This document shows positions 1-8,935 of a DNA stretch of 64,000 nucleotides, piece after piece. The notes below the pieces were generated by a model that was not told where the DNA came from, ran no database searches, and saw only the letters and a program-made list of their open reading frames with translations. Origin of the DNA: Candidatus Eiseniibacteriota bacterium. Lineage in GTDB: Bacteria > Eisenbacteria > RBG-16-71-46. Where the stretch lies: assembly GCA_963717935.1 (NCBI GenBank), contig CAVQXP010000001.1, positions 1 to 64,000 of the forward strand. The letters are read 5' to 3'. Each line of letters starts with the position of its first letter. Position 1 is the stretch's first letter. The translations under genes and the position numbers were made by a program.

Positions 1-42
1 CTAAACCGCGTGCCGCAGGTTCGACTCCTGCCGGGGCCACCA
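1..42 (+). tRNA. tRNA 3' half, probably tRNA-Arg (anticodon NCT), truncated by window start
   Basis: (N)CT-AA anticodon loop end, 5-nt variable loop, T arm GCAGG-TTCGACT-CCTGC, acceptor strand CGGGGCC-A-CCA; the short variable arm argues against Ser. Confidence 0.8.
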
Positions 43-72
43 CCGCGTGGGCGCCATCGGGCCGCTCAGCAC

Positions 73-106
73 CGGGGCGGGCGCCCTCGCGAGCGCGCCC
101 GCCCCG
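73..106. terminator. GC-rich hairpin between the convergent tRNA and serine hydrolase gene
   Basis: CGGGGCGGGCGC...GCGCCCGCCCCG 12-bp inverted repeat; no U-tract. Confidence 0.45.
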
Positions 107-125
107 TGCACCATCCACCCGTGCC

Positions 126-1850
126 CTAGTCGATCCGCTTCGCCTTGAGGTCCTGGCCGCCCTGGTGGAGGACGAGCCCCGTGGCCCTGCCGGCGGCGTC
201 CTTCTCGAAGTCGATCTGCGCGTCCACCACCTTCAGGAAGAAGCGCGTCTCCGACTCGGGGAAGATCTCGACCTTGTCCTGGCCCGTGGCCTGGGTCATC
301 AACTGATCGCCCTCGCGCGTCACGGCCAGGACGAACCCCGGCGCCAGCTCATAGCGTCCGACATAGCGGTCGTAGATCGCGGGGTCCAGCGTCATGGCCT
401 TGCGCTCGGTGGGCAGCGGCAGGTCGGTCTTCGGTGCCACCTCGGACGGGCCGTACCGCGTCCGGGACACCATCGAGACCACCTTGCCGCTGGCATCCAT
501 CTCGAACACGAAGCGGGTGAAGGAGTCCTTCAGGTAGAACTCGTTCGGGGAGAGGGCGAAGATCTCGCGCTTCGCGCCGCCGCTGCGCTGCGAGAAGAGC
601 CGGTCGCCCTCCCGCCTCACGATACGCTGGTCCTTCTCGTCGATGTGGTAGACACCGACCAGGGCGTCCATCTGCGCGGGGGCGAGGGCGAGGGGCTTCG
701 GCTCCACATAGGGCTTGCCGATGGCGATCGCCGCCAGCTGCACAGCCAGTCTGTCGAGCGAGGGTTGGTTCGCCTCCCGGTTCGCGAGGATGGCCACGTA
801 GACGTGGTCCGGGGGCAGGCGCAGGACGTACGAGGCGAATCCGTTGATGCCGCCCCCGTGCTCGATGCTCGGGTGTTCCTGCACGGTGCCCATGGTCCAG
901 CCGAAACCATAGCCTGTGGACTTACCGTCCTTCAGCGCGTACGGCCTCCAGGCGCGAGCGAGCGATGCCTGCTTCACGAGCTTCTCGGTGTAGAGCGCCG
1001 CGTCCCACTTCGCCAGGTCGTCCACCGAAGACATCAGCGAGCCCGCGGCGTAGGGCTGGCTCATGCTCAGATACGAGGCGTTCTTCCAGCCTCCGGTGTC
1101 CTTCTGGTAGCCGGACACGCGCCCGGGCACTATGCTCTCCGTGGTGTCGTAGGAGGTATGGGTCATGCCGGTCGGCACGAAGATGCGGTCGCGCACGAAG
1201 TCGGCGTAGGGCCTGCCGGAGGCCTTCTCGATGATGGCCCCGAGCAGGACGTAGCCGGAGTTGTCATAGGCCCACTTCTCACCCGGCGCGAAGTCCGCTG
1301 GCTGGTCCCGGAAGACCCCGATCAGCTCCTCGAGCGACATGTCCTTGCGCCAGAGCGGCAGCCACTCGGGCATCTCCGTGTAGGACTTGATCCCCGAAGT
1401 GTGCGTGAGCAGGTGCTCGACCGTGACGGTCTGCCCATGCGTCGGGTAGTCGGGCAGGAACTTCGTGATGGGGTCGTCGAGCGCGAGCTTGCCCTCCTCG
1501 GCCAGCATGAGCACGGCGACCGCGGTGAACTGCTTCGTCACGGAGCCGAGGCGGAAGCGCATGTCGGGCGCGATCGGCACGCCCAGCTCGAGATTCGCCA
1601 GGCCGTAGCCCCTTCGCAGCAGCACCTTGCCATCCTTCACGACGATCACTGCCGCCCCCGGCTCGCCCGCCTCGAAGGACGGCGAGAGCAGCAGGTCCAT
1701 GGCCTTCGTGACGTCGCCGGATGACTCGCCGGTGCCACCGGACCGGGTGGCCGCGAGGGAACTGGAGACGATGACGGCCCCCAGTACGAGAGCCACGAGC
1801 GAGTGGCGGGCGATGCGGTGACGGGTCATGGAACCTGCGTTCTCTGGCAT
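126..1850 (-). CDS. Secreted serine hydrolase (class C beta-lactamase/AmpC-like) with two C-terminal DUF3471-like domains
   Basis: Signal peptide; GSVTK (SxxK), LLTHTSG, YDN (YxN), HGGG motifs; two 'Y.G.Y.L...V.REGD.L..Q' repeats. Confidence 0.9.
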   Translation of the reverse strand: MPENAGSMTRHRIARHSLVALVLGAVIVSSSLAATRSGGTGESSGDVTKAMDLLLSPSFEAGEPGAAVIVVKDGKVLLRRGYGLANLELGVPIAPDMRFRLGSVTKQFTAVAVLMLAEEGKLALDDPITKFLPDYPTHGQTVTVEHLLTHTSGIKSYTEMPEWLPLWRKDMSLEELIGVFRDQPADFAPGEKWAYDNSGYVLLGAIIEKASGRPYADFVRDRIFVPTGMTHTSYDTTESIVPGRVSGYQKDTGGWKNASYLSMSQPYAAGSLMSSVDDLAKWDAALYTEKLVKQASLARAWRPYALKDGKSTGYGFGWTMGTVQEHPSIEHGGGINGFASYVLRLPPDHVYVAILANREANQPSLDRLAVQLAAIAIGKPYVEPKPLALAPAQMDALVGVYHIDEKDQRIVRREGDRLFSQRSGGAKREIFALSPNEFYLKDSFTRFVFEMDASGKVVSMVSRTRYGPSEVAPKTDLPLPTERKAMTLDPAIYDRYVGRYELAPGFVLAVTREGDQLMTQATGQDKVEIFPESETRFFLKVVDAQIDFEKDAAGRATGLVLHQGGQDLKAKRID

Positions 1851-1986
1851 CGGGACGGCCTCCGTGGGACGAGTCGGGTCAACAGTTGTAGTACGCCCTC
1901 GCAGCGCGAAATGTTACACGGACCGTCGGACACGAGCGCCGCTCCGTCGAGCGACGAGGTGCTCGCCGTCGGCCGCGGGTGAGCCG

Positions 1987-2472
1987 TCAGCCCTGGCGGC
2001 GCTCCGCGACGCGGGCCCGCGCGGCGTTGAGCGCGCCGGGCGGCAGGTCGAGCAGGCTGCCCATGCGGCGGATGAGCGACGCCTCGTGCTGCGAGAGCAC
2101 GCCATCGGCGTCCACCACGCGCCAGAGCATCTCGGCGAGCGCAGTGCGTTCCGTCACGCCGTAGTGCGCGTTGATGACCGCCGTGAACTGGTGCAGATCG
2201 ACCGCCTCGCGCAGCGACTCATCGGCTGCCGCCATCAACTCCCGGGCGCCCTGCGGCGTGACCTGGAACTCGCGCACCAGGATGTCCGCGATGTGGGCGC
2301 GCTCGACCTCCGAGAACTCGCCGTCGGCGCGCGCCAGTTCCACCAGCAGCGCGCAGGCGGCGAGGTGCAGCGGGTCCTCGACCGGGGGTGACACCGGCGC
2401 GTCCCCCGCAGCGGGATCCGCGGCGGGCACCGGGGCGAGGTAACGGCGGAGGAGGTCGAACACGGGCGACAT
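1987..2472 (-). CDS. TerB family (tellurite-resistance-like) protein
   Basis: ALLVELARADGEFSEVE and LWRVVDADGVLSQHE motifs; start taken at MSPVF (2472). Confidence 0.85.
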   Translation of the reverse strand: MSPVFDLLRRYLAPVPAADPAAGDAPVSPPVEDPLHLAACALLVELARADGEFSEVERAHIADILVREFQVTPQGARELMAAADESLREAVDLHQFTAVINAHYGVTERTALAEMLWRVVDADGVLSQHEASLIRRMGSLLDLPPGALNAARARVAERRQG

Positions 2473-2473
2473 T

Positions 2474-2990
2474 CTACCGCATGCGCACGAAGCGCGTCGC
2501 GGCCGCCCGCTCGCCCGCACTCACTCGCGCCAGGTACACGCCCGGCGCCGCCGGAGAGGTCGAACACCTCCACGCCGCCGGCCCCCGCCCCGGGCAGCTC
2601 TGGCACAAACGACATCGCGCCCGAGGACAGGTTGGGGGAGGCCGCCAGGCTCACCTCACGCGGCAGGGCGCCGGACGCCGGTGGGACGTCGACAGCGGGA
2701 TCGGAGTCGGCCACGAATTCGAGCGCGGTCAGCATGGGCGCGATCCCGGCGCTGGCCATGAAGTGACCTCATAGCAGCGCGAGGGCGGAAAGCGGACGGG
2801 TACGACGGGCAGGGGAGCCGGCTTCCTTGCCTGCAAGGGCATCAGGCCTGCGGACGCCGGACGAGCCCAGGCGCCCGCGTCCCAAGCCTCTGCGTTCGAA
2901 CCTCTTACCAGCACGAGTTCCCCGGCCAACACGTCGACCGCGGGCACGGCGGGGACGCGCAAGGCGGCGTGATGGACGCCCGCAGGCAGC
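2474..2990 (-). pseudogene. Remnant of a secreted protein with a FlgD-Ig/T9SS-like C-terminal domain
   Basis: 'ASPNLSSGAMSF...VEVFDLSG' joins out of frame to 'APGVYLARVSAGERAAATRFVRMR*'; the central WDGRD segment is missing and upstream frames are broken. Confidence 0.6.
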
Positions 2991-3171
2991 GGCCGAGCAG
3001 TCGACGCTTTTCCGTTGCCGACGCCACTTGGGCGTGCCAACATGCCGCCATCTGCTCGTCGACTGGTGCGTTCCGCCGCTGCAAGCGGTGGCGAATCATC
3101 TCGGCGTGGCCTCGTGACCCCCGATCACGGCCGCGCGACTACAGATTTCTCCTCTCAGACTCGGGGCAATC

Positions 3172-4545
3172 ATGGCCGTTGACCGCATGATTGAGTCGCT
3201 TCCGACCGCGGCCGATCGGCCTTCCTCGCCCGCGCTCTTCCGTGCCCTAAAGCTGGCTGCCGCGTGCCTCGTGTGCGTGTCCAGCGTGGCCTTCAGCTCA
3301 CCCGCCATCGCGGCCCCGGCGAGGTCAGCAGCGGTGCAGAAGCAGGTGGATGCGCTCGTAGGCGAGCTCTTCGCGGGCGCGGCAGCCGGGCCGCACGGTC
3401 GTGCGCCGGCGACGGCACTCGGTTTCGAGGGCGTTGCCTGGGAAACGGGCGAGGGCGGCGCTGCGGGGACCAGTGACCTCGGCCTGGCGCTGGACCAGGC
3501 TCTCACGGACGCGCTGACGCGGCGCCAGGTGAGCGTCACGCCCAGCTCACTGGCAGGCAGCAAGGGAATCGGCAGCACGATCCTGCGCGGGGGCTTTCAG
3601 GTCCTCAAGTCCGGCGTGCAGCTCTCGCTGTTGCTCGTGGACGCCAGCTCGGGCCAGGTGATCTCGAAGGCGCAGCGCATCATGAATCCCGCCACCTTCG
3701 CGAACCTGGCCCTGAGCGAGATGCTGCCGCCGGACGCCGCCAACGCCAAGCTGCTCGCCCGACTGACCACCGGGTGCCTCGGCGGCGCTGCGACGACCGG
3801 CGGGCTGCGGGTGAGCACCGACCGCGGGACGCAGGGCGCCTACACGGAGGGGGAGACGCTCCACGTCTTCGTCGAGTCGGACCGGGACTGCTATCTGCGC
3901 CTCTACCATGTCTCCTGGAGCAACCGGGCGCTCACCCTCGTGTTCCCCAACCGCAGCGACACGGACTCCTACCTGCCAGCGGGGACCCTCAAGTCCATCC
4001 CCGCGGAGGAGACGGGCGTCGTCTTCGAGGTCTCGAAGCCCTACGGGGTGGACGCGCTCATCGCGATCGCAAGCGCAGAGCCCTTCGAGGACGAGAGCAT
4101 GGTCGCCGCCGGCCTGCGCGGGGCGGCCACCATGCCCTGGACCGGCACGGCAAAGGGCGTCACCCGCGCGGGTGACTACCTCGCCCTGCAGGGCGTCAGC
4201 GAGGAGCAGGCCAAGGACGTGCTCGCCAAGGGGCTCCTGGTTCGCCTGCCCGAGGGCGAAGCCCCGGCCGCGGCCGGTTCGACACCGGAGCCGGTCTCCT
4301 ACGAGTACGAGCCCGCGCCGACCGCCGTCCCCGAGCAACCCGCGCCCATCGACATGGAGCCGCCGAGTCCCGTGGACGCGGTCCCCGAGCAGGTGTCCCC
4401 CGAGCAGTCAGATCCCCCGAGCACATCACCCGCACCGCCGCAGACCCTGTCACCGCCGGTGTCCCCGGGGGCCTCCAGGCGCACTCCACTCGCGAGGGCC
4501 GTATGCTATTACACGACGCTTCCCCGGCTGCGCCTCATCCGCTGA
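3172..4545 (+). CDS. Secreted DUF4384-domain protein with Pro-rich C-terminal region
   Basis: Signal-like N-terminus; 'YTEGETLHVFVESDRDCYLRLYHV...LVFPN...FEVSKPYGVDALIAIAS' matches DUF4384. Confidence 0.8.
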   Translation: MAVDRMIESLPTAADRPSSPALFRALKLAAACLVCVSSVAFSSPAIAAPARSAAVQKQVDALVGELFAGAAAGPHGRAPATALGFEGVAWETGEGGAAGTSDLGLALDQALTDALTRRQVSVTPSSLAGSKGIGSTILRGGFQVLKSGVQLSLLLVDASSGQVISKAQRIMNPATFANLALSEMLPPDAANAKLLARLTTGCLGGAATTGGLRVSTDRGTQGAYTEGETLHVFVESDRDCYLRLYHVSWSNRALTLVFPNRSDTDSYLPAGTLKSIPAEETGVVFEVSKPYGVDALIAIASAEPFEDESMVAAGLRGAATMPWTGTAKGVTRAGDYLALQGVSEEQAKDVLAKGLLVRLPEGEAPAAAGSTPEPVSYEYEPAPTAVPEQPAPIDMEPPSPVDAVPEQVSPEQSDPPSTSPAPPQTLSPPVSPGASRRTPLARAVCYYTTLPRLRLIR

Positions 4546-5891
4546 GAACCCTGCGCCTTTCGGTTGCGTTCCTGCTCGCCGCCGCCCTGACTCCGGCCCT
4601 GGCGATTGCCCAGGCTGAGCACGAGAAGGGCCTACAGTTGATTCTCGCCGACTCGACCCAGCAGCAGCTCTCGAGCTTCACCGCGCTGGCCAAGCACGCG
4701 CTCGTGATCGGCATCAACCAGTACCAGAACCAGGCGCAGGGAATCACCCCGCTGCGCTACGCGGTCGGTGACGCGCGGGCGGTCTACCAGGCGCTGGTGG
4801 ACCCGCGCCGCGGCGGCTTCCGGCCCGAGAACGTCACACTGCTGACCGACGATACGCCTGAGAAGCCCACCAACACCGCCATCGGCAAGGCGCTGAACCG
4901 CCTGATCACGGCGACGCGGGAGGGCGACCTGGTGGTCGTCTTCTTCTCGGGCCACGGCTTCGAGGACCAGGGTCGGGCCTACCTGCTGCCGGCCAACAGC
5001 GACCTCGAAGCGCTCGACTACAGCGCCATCGAGCGCGACGCCTTCGTGCGCCAGATCGACCGGATCACGGCCAAGAAGGTGATCGTGGTGCTCGATGCCT
5101 GCCACTCGGGCGGGGTGAACCGCGGTGGCAAGGGGGTGGGCAAGGACGCCGCGCTGAGCACCAAGTACTACGAGAACTTCATGGGCTCGCAGGGCAGGGC
5201 CTTCATCGCCTCGAGCGGCGGAGGGGAGCTGTCCTGGGAAGACGAGGAGCGGGGTCACGGGGTGTTCACCTCGGCCCTGGTGGACGCCCTCTCGGGCAAG
5301 GCCGACCGCCAGCCCCGCGACGGGCTGATCTCGCTGAACGAGCTACGCGGCTATGTCGAGACCGAGGTCAGCGACTGGGCCGGGCGGCGGGGCAAGTCGC
5401 AGCACCCGCAGGTGAGCCTGGAGTCCGCGTACGGCGACATCCCGCTGGCGCTCGACTACAGCTATCTCGAGACGCAGTCGCGGGACCTGGCCGAGCGGCG
5501 CGACCTCGTGAGCCGGCTCAAGTCGGGGCTGACCACGCTGGAGGGACTCAAGCCCGAGGAGTTGGCGCAGGCAGTGGCGGTGCTGGACCGCTACGGGCAG
5601 GGCGCGACGCTCTCGGAGCCGGAGGGCCAGCATGTCGAGTTCGTACGCAAGCTGGTGGACGGCTCGATCGACCTGAAGCTCTACCGGACCGGGGTGGCGA
5701 AGGTGCCACCGCTGGCGACCGCGGCGCAGATCGGCCTGCAGAAGAAGTCCTCCCCGACCCTGTGGATTCTGGGCGGCGTGGCCGCGGCCGCCGGCGTGGC
5801 CCTGGGGCTCGCGGGCGGGGGTGGAGGTGGGGATGCGACATCGGTCACACCGACCACGCTGCCCGAGCCGCCGGCTCCCCCGGTGTACTAA
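4503..5891 (+). CDS. Caspase-like (peptidase C14) protein with signal peptide and C-terminal transmembrane anchor
   Basis: ALVIGINQY, FFSGHG (catalytic His), LDACHSG (catalytic Cys), HGVFTSALVDAL, QHP; hydrophobic N-terminus and LWILGGVAAAAGVALGL tail. Confidence 0.9.
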   Translation: MLLHDASPAAPHPLRTLRLSVAFLLAAALTPALAIAQAEHEKGLQLILADSTQQQLSSFTALAKHALVIGINQYQNQAQGITPLRYAVGDARAVYQALVDPRRGGFRPENVTLLTDDTPEKPTNTAIGKALNRLITATREGDLVVVFFSGHGFEDQGRAYLLPANSDLEALDYSAIERDAFVRQIDRITAKKVIVVLDACHSGGVNRGGKGVGKDAALSTKYYENFMGSQGRAFIASSGGGELSWEDEERGHGVFTSALVDALSGKADRQPRDGLISLNELRGYVETEVSDWAGRRGKSQHPQVSLESAYGDIPLALDYSYLETQSRDLAERRDLVSRLKSGLTTLEGLKPEELAQAVAVLDRYGQGATLSEPEGQHVEFVRKLVDGSIDLKLYRTGVAKVPPLATAAQIGLQKKSSPTLWILGGVAAAAGVALGLAGGGGGGDATSVTPTTLPEPPAPPVY

Positions 5892-5901
5892 GGGAACCAC
5901 C

Positions 5902-8862
5902 ATGAGCACGCATGGAATTCACGGTACACGCGACCTCATCCGCCTGTTGATGGGGTCGTCGCTCGTCATCCGGCACGCTCGCCGAATCGCGCTGCGTGGG
6001 TGCGCGTGCGCCGGACTCGGCCTGTTGTCGCTCTGCGCCACCGCCTGGGCACAGTGGCTGCCGGCCGGCACGCCGGTCACTCCGACCCTGGGCGCTCACG
6101 AGGCCCCCGCGATCGCTTCCGACGGGAGCGGCGGCGCCATCGTGGTGTGGGGCGACATGCGGAGCACGGACAGCCCTAGGCTCTACGCGCAGCGCTTCGA
6201 CGGACAGGGGCTCGCGCTGTGGCCCCAAGGAGGCGTCCGCCTATCCACCGCTGAGGGCGAACAAATCGACCACATGGCCGTGCCCTCAGGGAACGGCGAT
6301 GTGGTCGTGCTGTGGCTGGACCTGCGGTCATCGTACTACACGGAACTCTACGCACAGAAGCTCGATGCCTCGGGCAATCCCCTGTGGGCATCCAGCGGTG
6401 CGCCGGTGCGAACCGGCCCAACGGGTCTTGTGTCGCTGCCTGCCCTGGCCGCAGACAGCGCGGGCGGCCTCATCGCAGCTTGGTCCAGCGGAGACATCTA
6501 CGCGCAGCGGCTCGACAGCAACGGTAGCGCCGTATGGGCGGGAAGCGGTGTCCCGGTCTGCACGCTGGCGGAGACCCAGTACGACCCTGTCGTCGTCGCA
6601 GACGGCACAGGAGGCGCCTTCGTGGCATGGAAGGACACTCGCGATGGCTTGCGGCGAATCTACGCACAGAGGCTGACGTCCGCCGGAGTGCCGACCTGGG
6701 CGGTGGGCGGGATCCCAGTCACGCCGGATTTTACCACCACCATGAGATTCGCCGCGACCGCGGACGGCGCGGGCGGCTTGGTGATTGCCTGGTGCGACAA
6801 CAGCGTGGCGTATGCGCAGCGTTTCGACGCCATCGGTGAGCCGCAGTGGGGCGCTGGGGGCGTGTCGCTTGGAACCGGTGCAACCGAGGTGAAGGCGGCG
6901 CTGGGCGGTTCGTGCATGCTGACGTTCGTGTTCGACGGGGCCCGCGACGGCGGCGACTGCGATGTCTTCGCGCAGAGACTGGATTCCGAGGGCATCCCGC
7001 AGTGGGCGTCCGGCGGCGTCATGGCGGTGACCTGGCCGGGCGAGGGTCAATACCCCGTGGGACTGGACGTGGATGCATCCGGCGTGACGGTCGTGCTGGC
7101 CTACTCGTGGGAGGGCACGAATCGGGTCCAGCGGATCGAGCCCGGCGGCACCGTGGCGTGGGGTGATGGGGGCGTCGGCCTCATCGTGGCCGGCAACCCG
7201 CAACTCGCTACGGACAACACGGGTGGCTGCATCGTCGCGTGGGCCCGCGATGTCCCTGCTGTGGAGGGCGTGACCCGGCGCGACTACGTGCGGCGGATTC
7301 CCGCGGCGGGGGCGCGCGAGGTCACGCTCGCGTGGAGCGCGGGAGGGCACACGGAACTCCTTGAGCCCACGCCGATCTGCGTGCCATCCGCGAACGTCAC
7401 CGAGTTCGAAGTCGCGCGCTTCCGCTTCGCACCCGACTTCGGCTACTACATCAACGACGTCACGCTGGACGGCGTGTCGCAGGGGGTACCTCCGAATCTC
7501 GAGCTGGCTGCGCCCACCACCGACCATGCGCTCTACGCCGGGTTCTCCAACGGCACGTGGTTCGAACCGTCCATCGCGACCCCGCGAGGGGCCTACGCGG
7601 GTGTGGCGTTCCCGCTTGCATTCACCGACGACAGCCTGAGCGCGGTGCTCGGGGAGCTGGGTCCGTTCGACGATACAGCGTGGCGTCTGGCGCGCTGGGA
7701 CCCGGACTCCTTGGTCTACGCGTTCGGCGGGGCAGGGCTTCAGACGCTTGAGGCCGGCGCGGGCTACTGGCTCATCACCGTCGACGGCGCGCAGATCACC
7801 GCCGACGGGAAGCCGCTCACGGCCGACACCGTCGGCGTGAAGCTGCTCGGCACGGCGACGAGCGGCTGGAACCAGATCGCCAACCCGTTCCGCTTCCCGA
7901 TCGCGGACACCGCGCTCCGGGTGCTCGGCAACGGCTTGCTCGAGCGCTTCACCGACGGGGCGAACACGCTCACCGACGCGCTCGTCTGGGAGTGGAAGGG
8001 CGGCGCCAACTACGACTCCGTCCGCACGCTGCAACCGCGCAGGGTCTATTGGGTGCGCAAGAACGTCTCGGCACCCGTGAACCTGGTCTTCCCGAACTGG
8101 TCGAGCGAGGTCGTCAGCCCCGGGCCGGCCACGCTGCCGGCCAGCGCGGAGTGGACGGTGGCGCTGACGGCGCGACAGGGCGAGGTAAGCAGCATGCGGG
8201 TGCTGGCGGGGCGCTGGGCGCGCACGGCGCAGGGCGAGGCGCTGCGCCTGGAGGCGCCGCCCGGGTCGCCGGACGGTGGCCTGAGCCTGCGGCTGGGCGA
8301 AGCCGCCAGCGGGGGAGCGGGCCGCATCGCCGACTTCACGCGGGACGACGGTCCCTGGCGCTGGGAGATCGAGCTGTCGGGGGCCGAAGCGCCGGGGGAG
8401 ATCGTGCTGGAGTGCGAGGCAAGCAGCCTGCCGGCGGGGATGCGCCTGTGGTTGTCGGATGAAGCCCGGAACTGGAGCCAGGAGCTCACGCCGGGCGATC
8501 CGGTAACGCTGGCTGCGACCGCGGGCGTGCGGCGACTGCACCTGCACGCCTCGATCGCCGGCGAGATCCCCGGCAGGCCGGGGGCGGGCGCGCGGCTTGC
8601 CGCGGCGTACCCGAACCCGTTCCGCGACCGAATCGGGCTGGTGCTCCAGCTTCCGCGCGCCTCGGCCGTCGTTGTGACCGTGTTCGATGTGCAGGGCCGG
8701 CAGGTGCGCTCGTTCGCGACGGAGACCCTGGCCCCGGGTGAGCACGTGCTGGTCTGGGACGGCCGCGATGCCGGGGGGCGCGCCATGCCCGGCGGCGTGT
8801 ACCTGGCGCGATGCGAGGCCGCGGGTGGGCGCGGAACAGCGAGAATCATGAAGCTGCATTGA
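5902..8862 (+). CDS. Large secreted protein: beta-propeller-like repeats plus C-terminal FlgD-Ig domain
   Basis: About 6-7 repeats of 'D(G)xGGxxxxW.D...IYAQR.D..G...W'; C-terminus 'AYPNPFR...VFDVQGRQVR...WDGRD..G..MPGGVYLAR'. Confidence 0.8.
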   Translation: MSTHGIHGTRDLIRLLMGSSLVIRHARRIALRGCACAGLGLLSLCATAWAQWLPAGTPVTPTLGAHEAPAIASDGSGGAIVVWGDMRSTDSPRLYAQRFDGQGLALWPQGGVRLSTAEGEQIDHMAVPSGNGDVVVLWLDLRSSYYTELYAQKLDASGNPLWASSGAPVRTGPTGLVSLPALAADSAGGLIAAWSSGDIYAQRLDSNGSAVWAGSGVPVCTLAETQYDPVVVADGTGGAFVAWKDTRDGLRRIYAQRLTSAGVPTWAVGGIPVTPDFTTTMRFAATADGAGGLVIAWCDNSVAYAQRFDAIGEPQWGAGGVSLGTGATEVKAALGGSCMLTFVFDGARDGGDCDVFAQRLDSEGIPQWASGGVMAVTWPGEGQYPVGLDVDASGVTVVLAYSWEGTNRVQRIEPGGTVAWGDGGVGLIVAGNPQLATDNTGGCIVAWARDVPAVEGVTRRDYVRRIPAAGAREVTLAWSAGGHTELLEPTPICVPSANVTEFEVARFRFAPDFGYYINDVTLDGVSQGVPPNLELAAPTTDHALYAGFSNGTWFEPSIATPRGAYAGVAFPLAFTDDSLSAVLGELGPFDDTAWRLARWDPDSLVYAFGGAGLQTLEAGAGYWLITVDGAQITADGKPLTADTVGVKLLGTATSGWNQIANPFRFPIADTALRVLGNGLLERFTDGANTLTDALVWEWKGGANYDSVRTLQPRRVYWVRKNVSAPVNLVFPNWSSEVVSPGPATLPASAEWTVALTARQGEVSSMRVLAGRWARTAQGEALRLEAPPGSPDGGLSLRLGEAASGGAGRIADFTRDDGPWRWEIELSGAEAPGEIVLECEASSLPAGMRLWLSDEARNWSQELTPGDPVTLAATAGVRRLHLHASIAGEIPGRPGAGARLAAAYPNPFRDRIGLVLQLPRASAVVVTVFDVQGRQVRSFATETLAPGEHVLVWDGRDAGGRAMPGGVYLARCEAAGGRGTARIMKLH

Positions 8863-8935
8863 GAAGCAAGGAGCGGATCTCGGTCGGAGACCGCGAAGCG
8901 GCCCGGGCGGGCCAACGACGGAATGGGGGACCACA

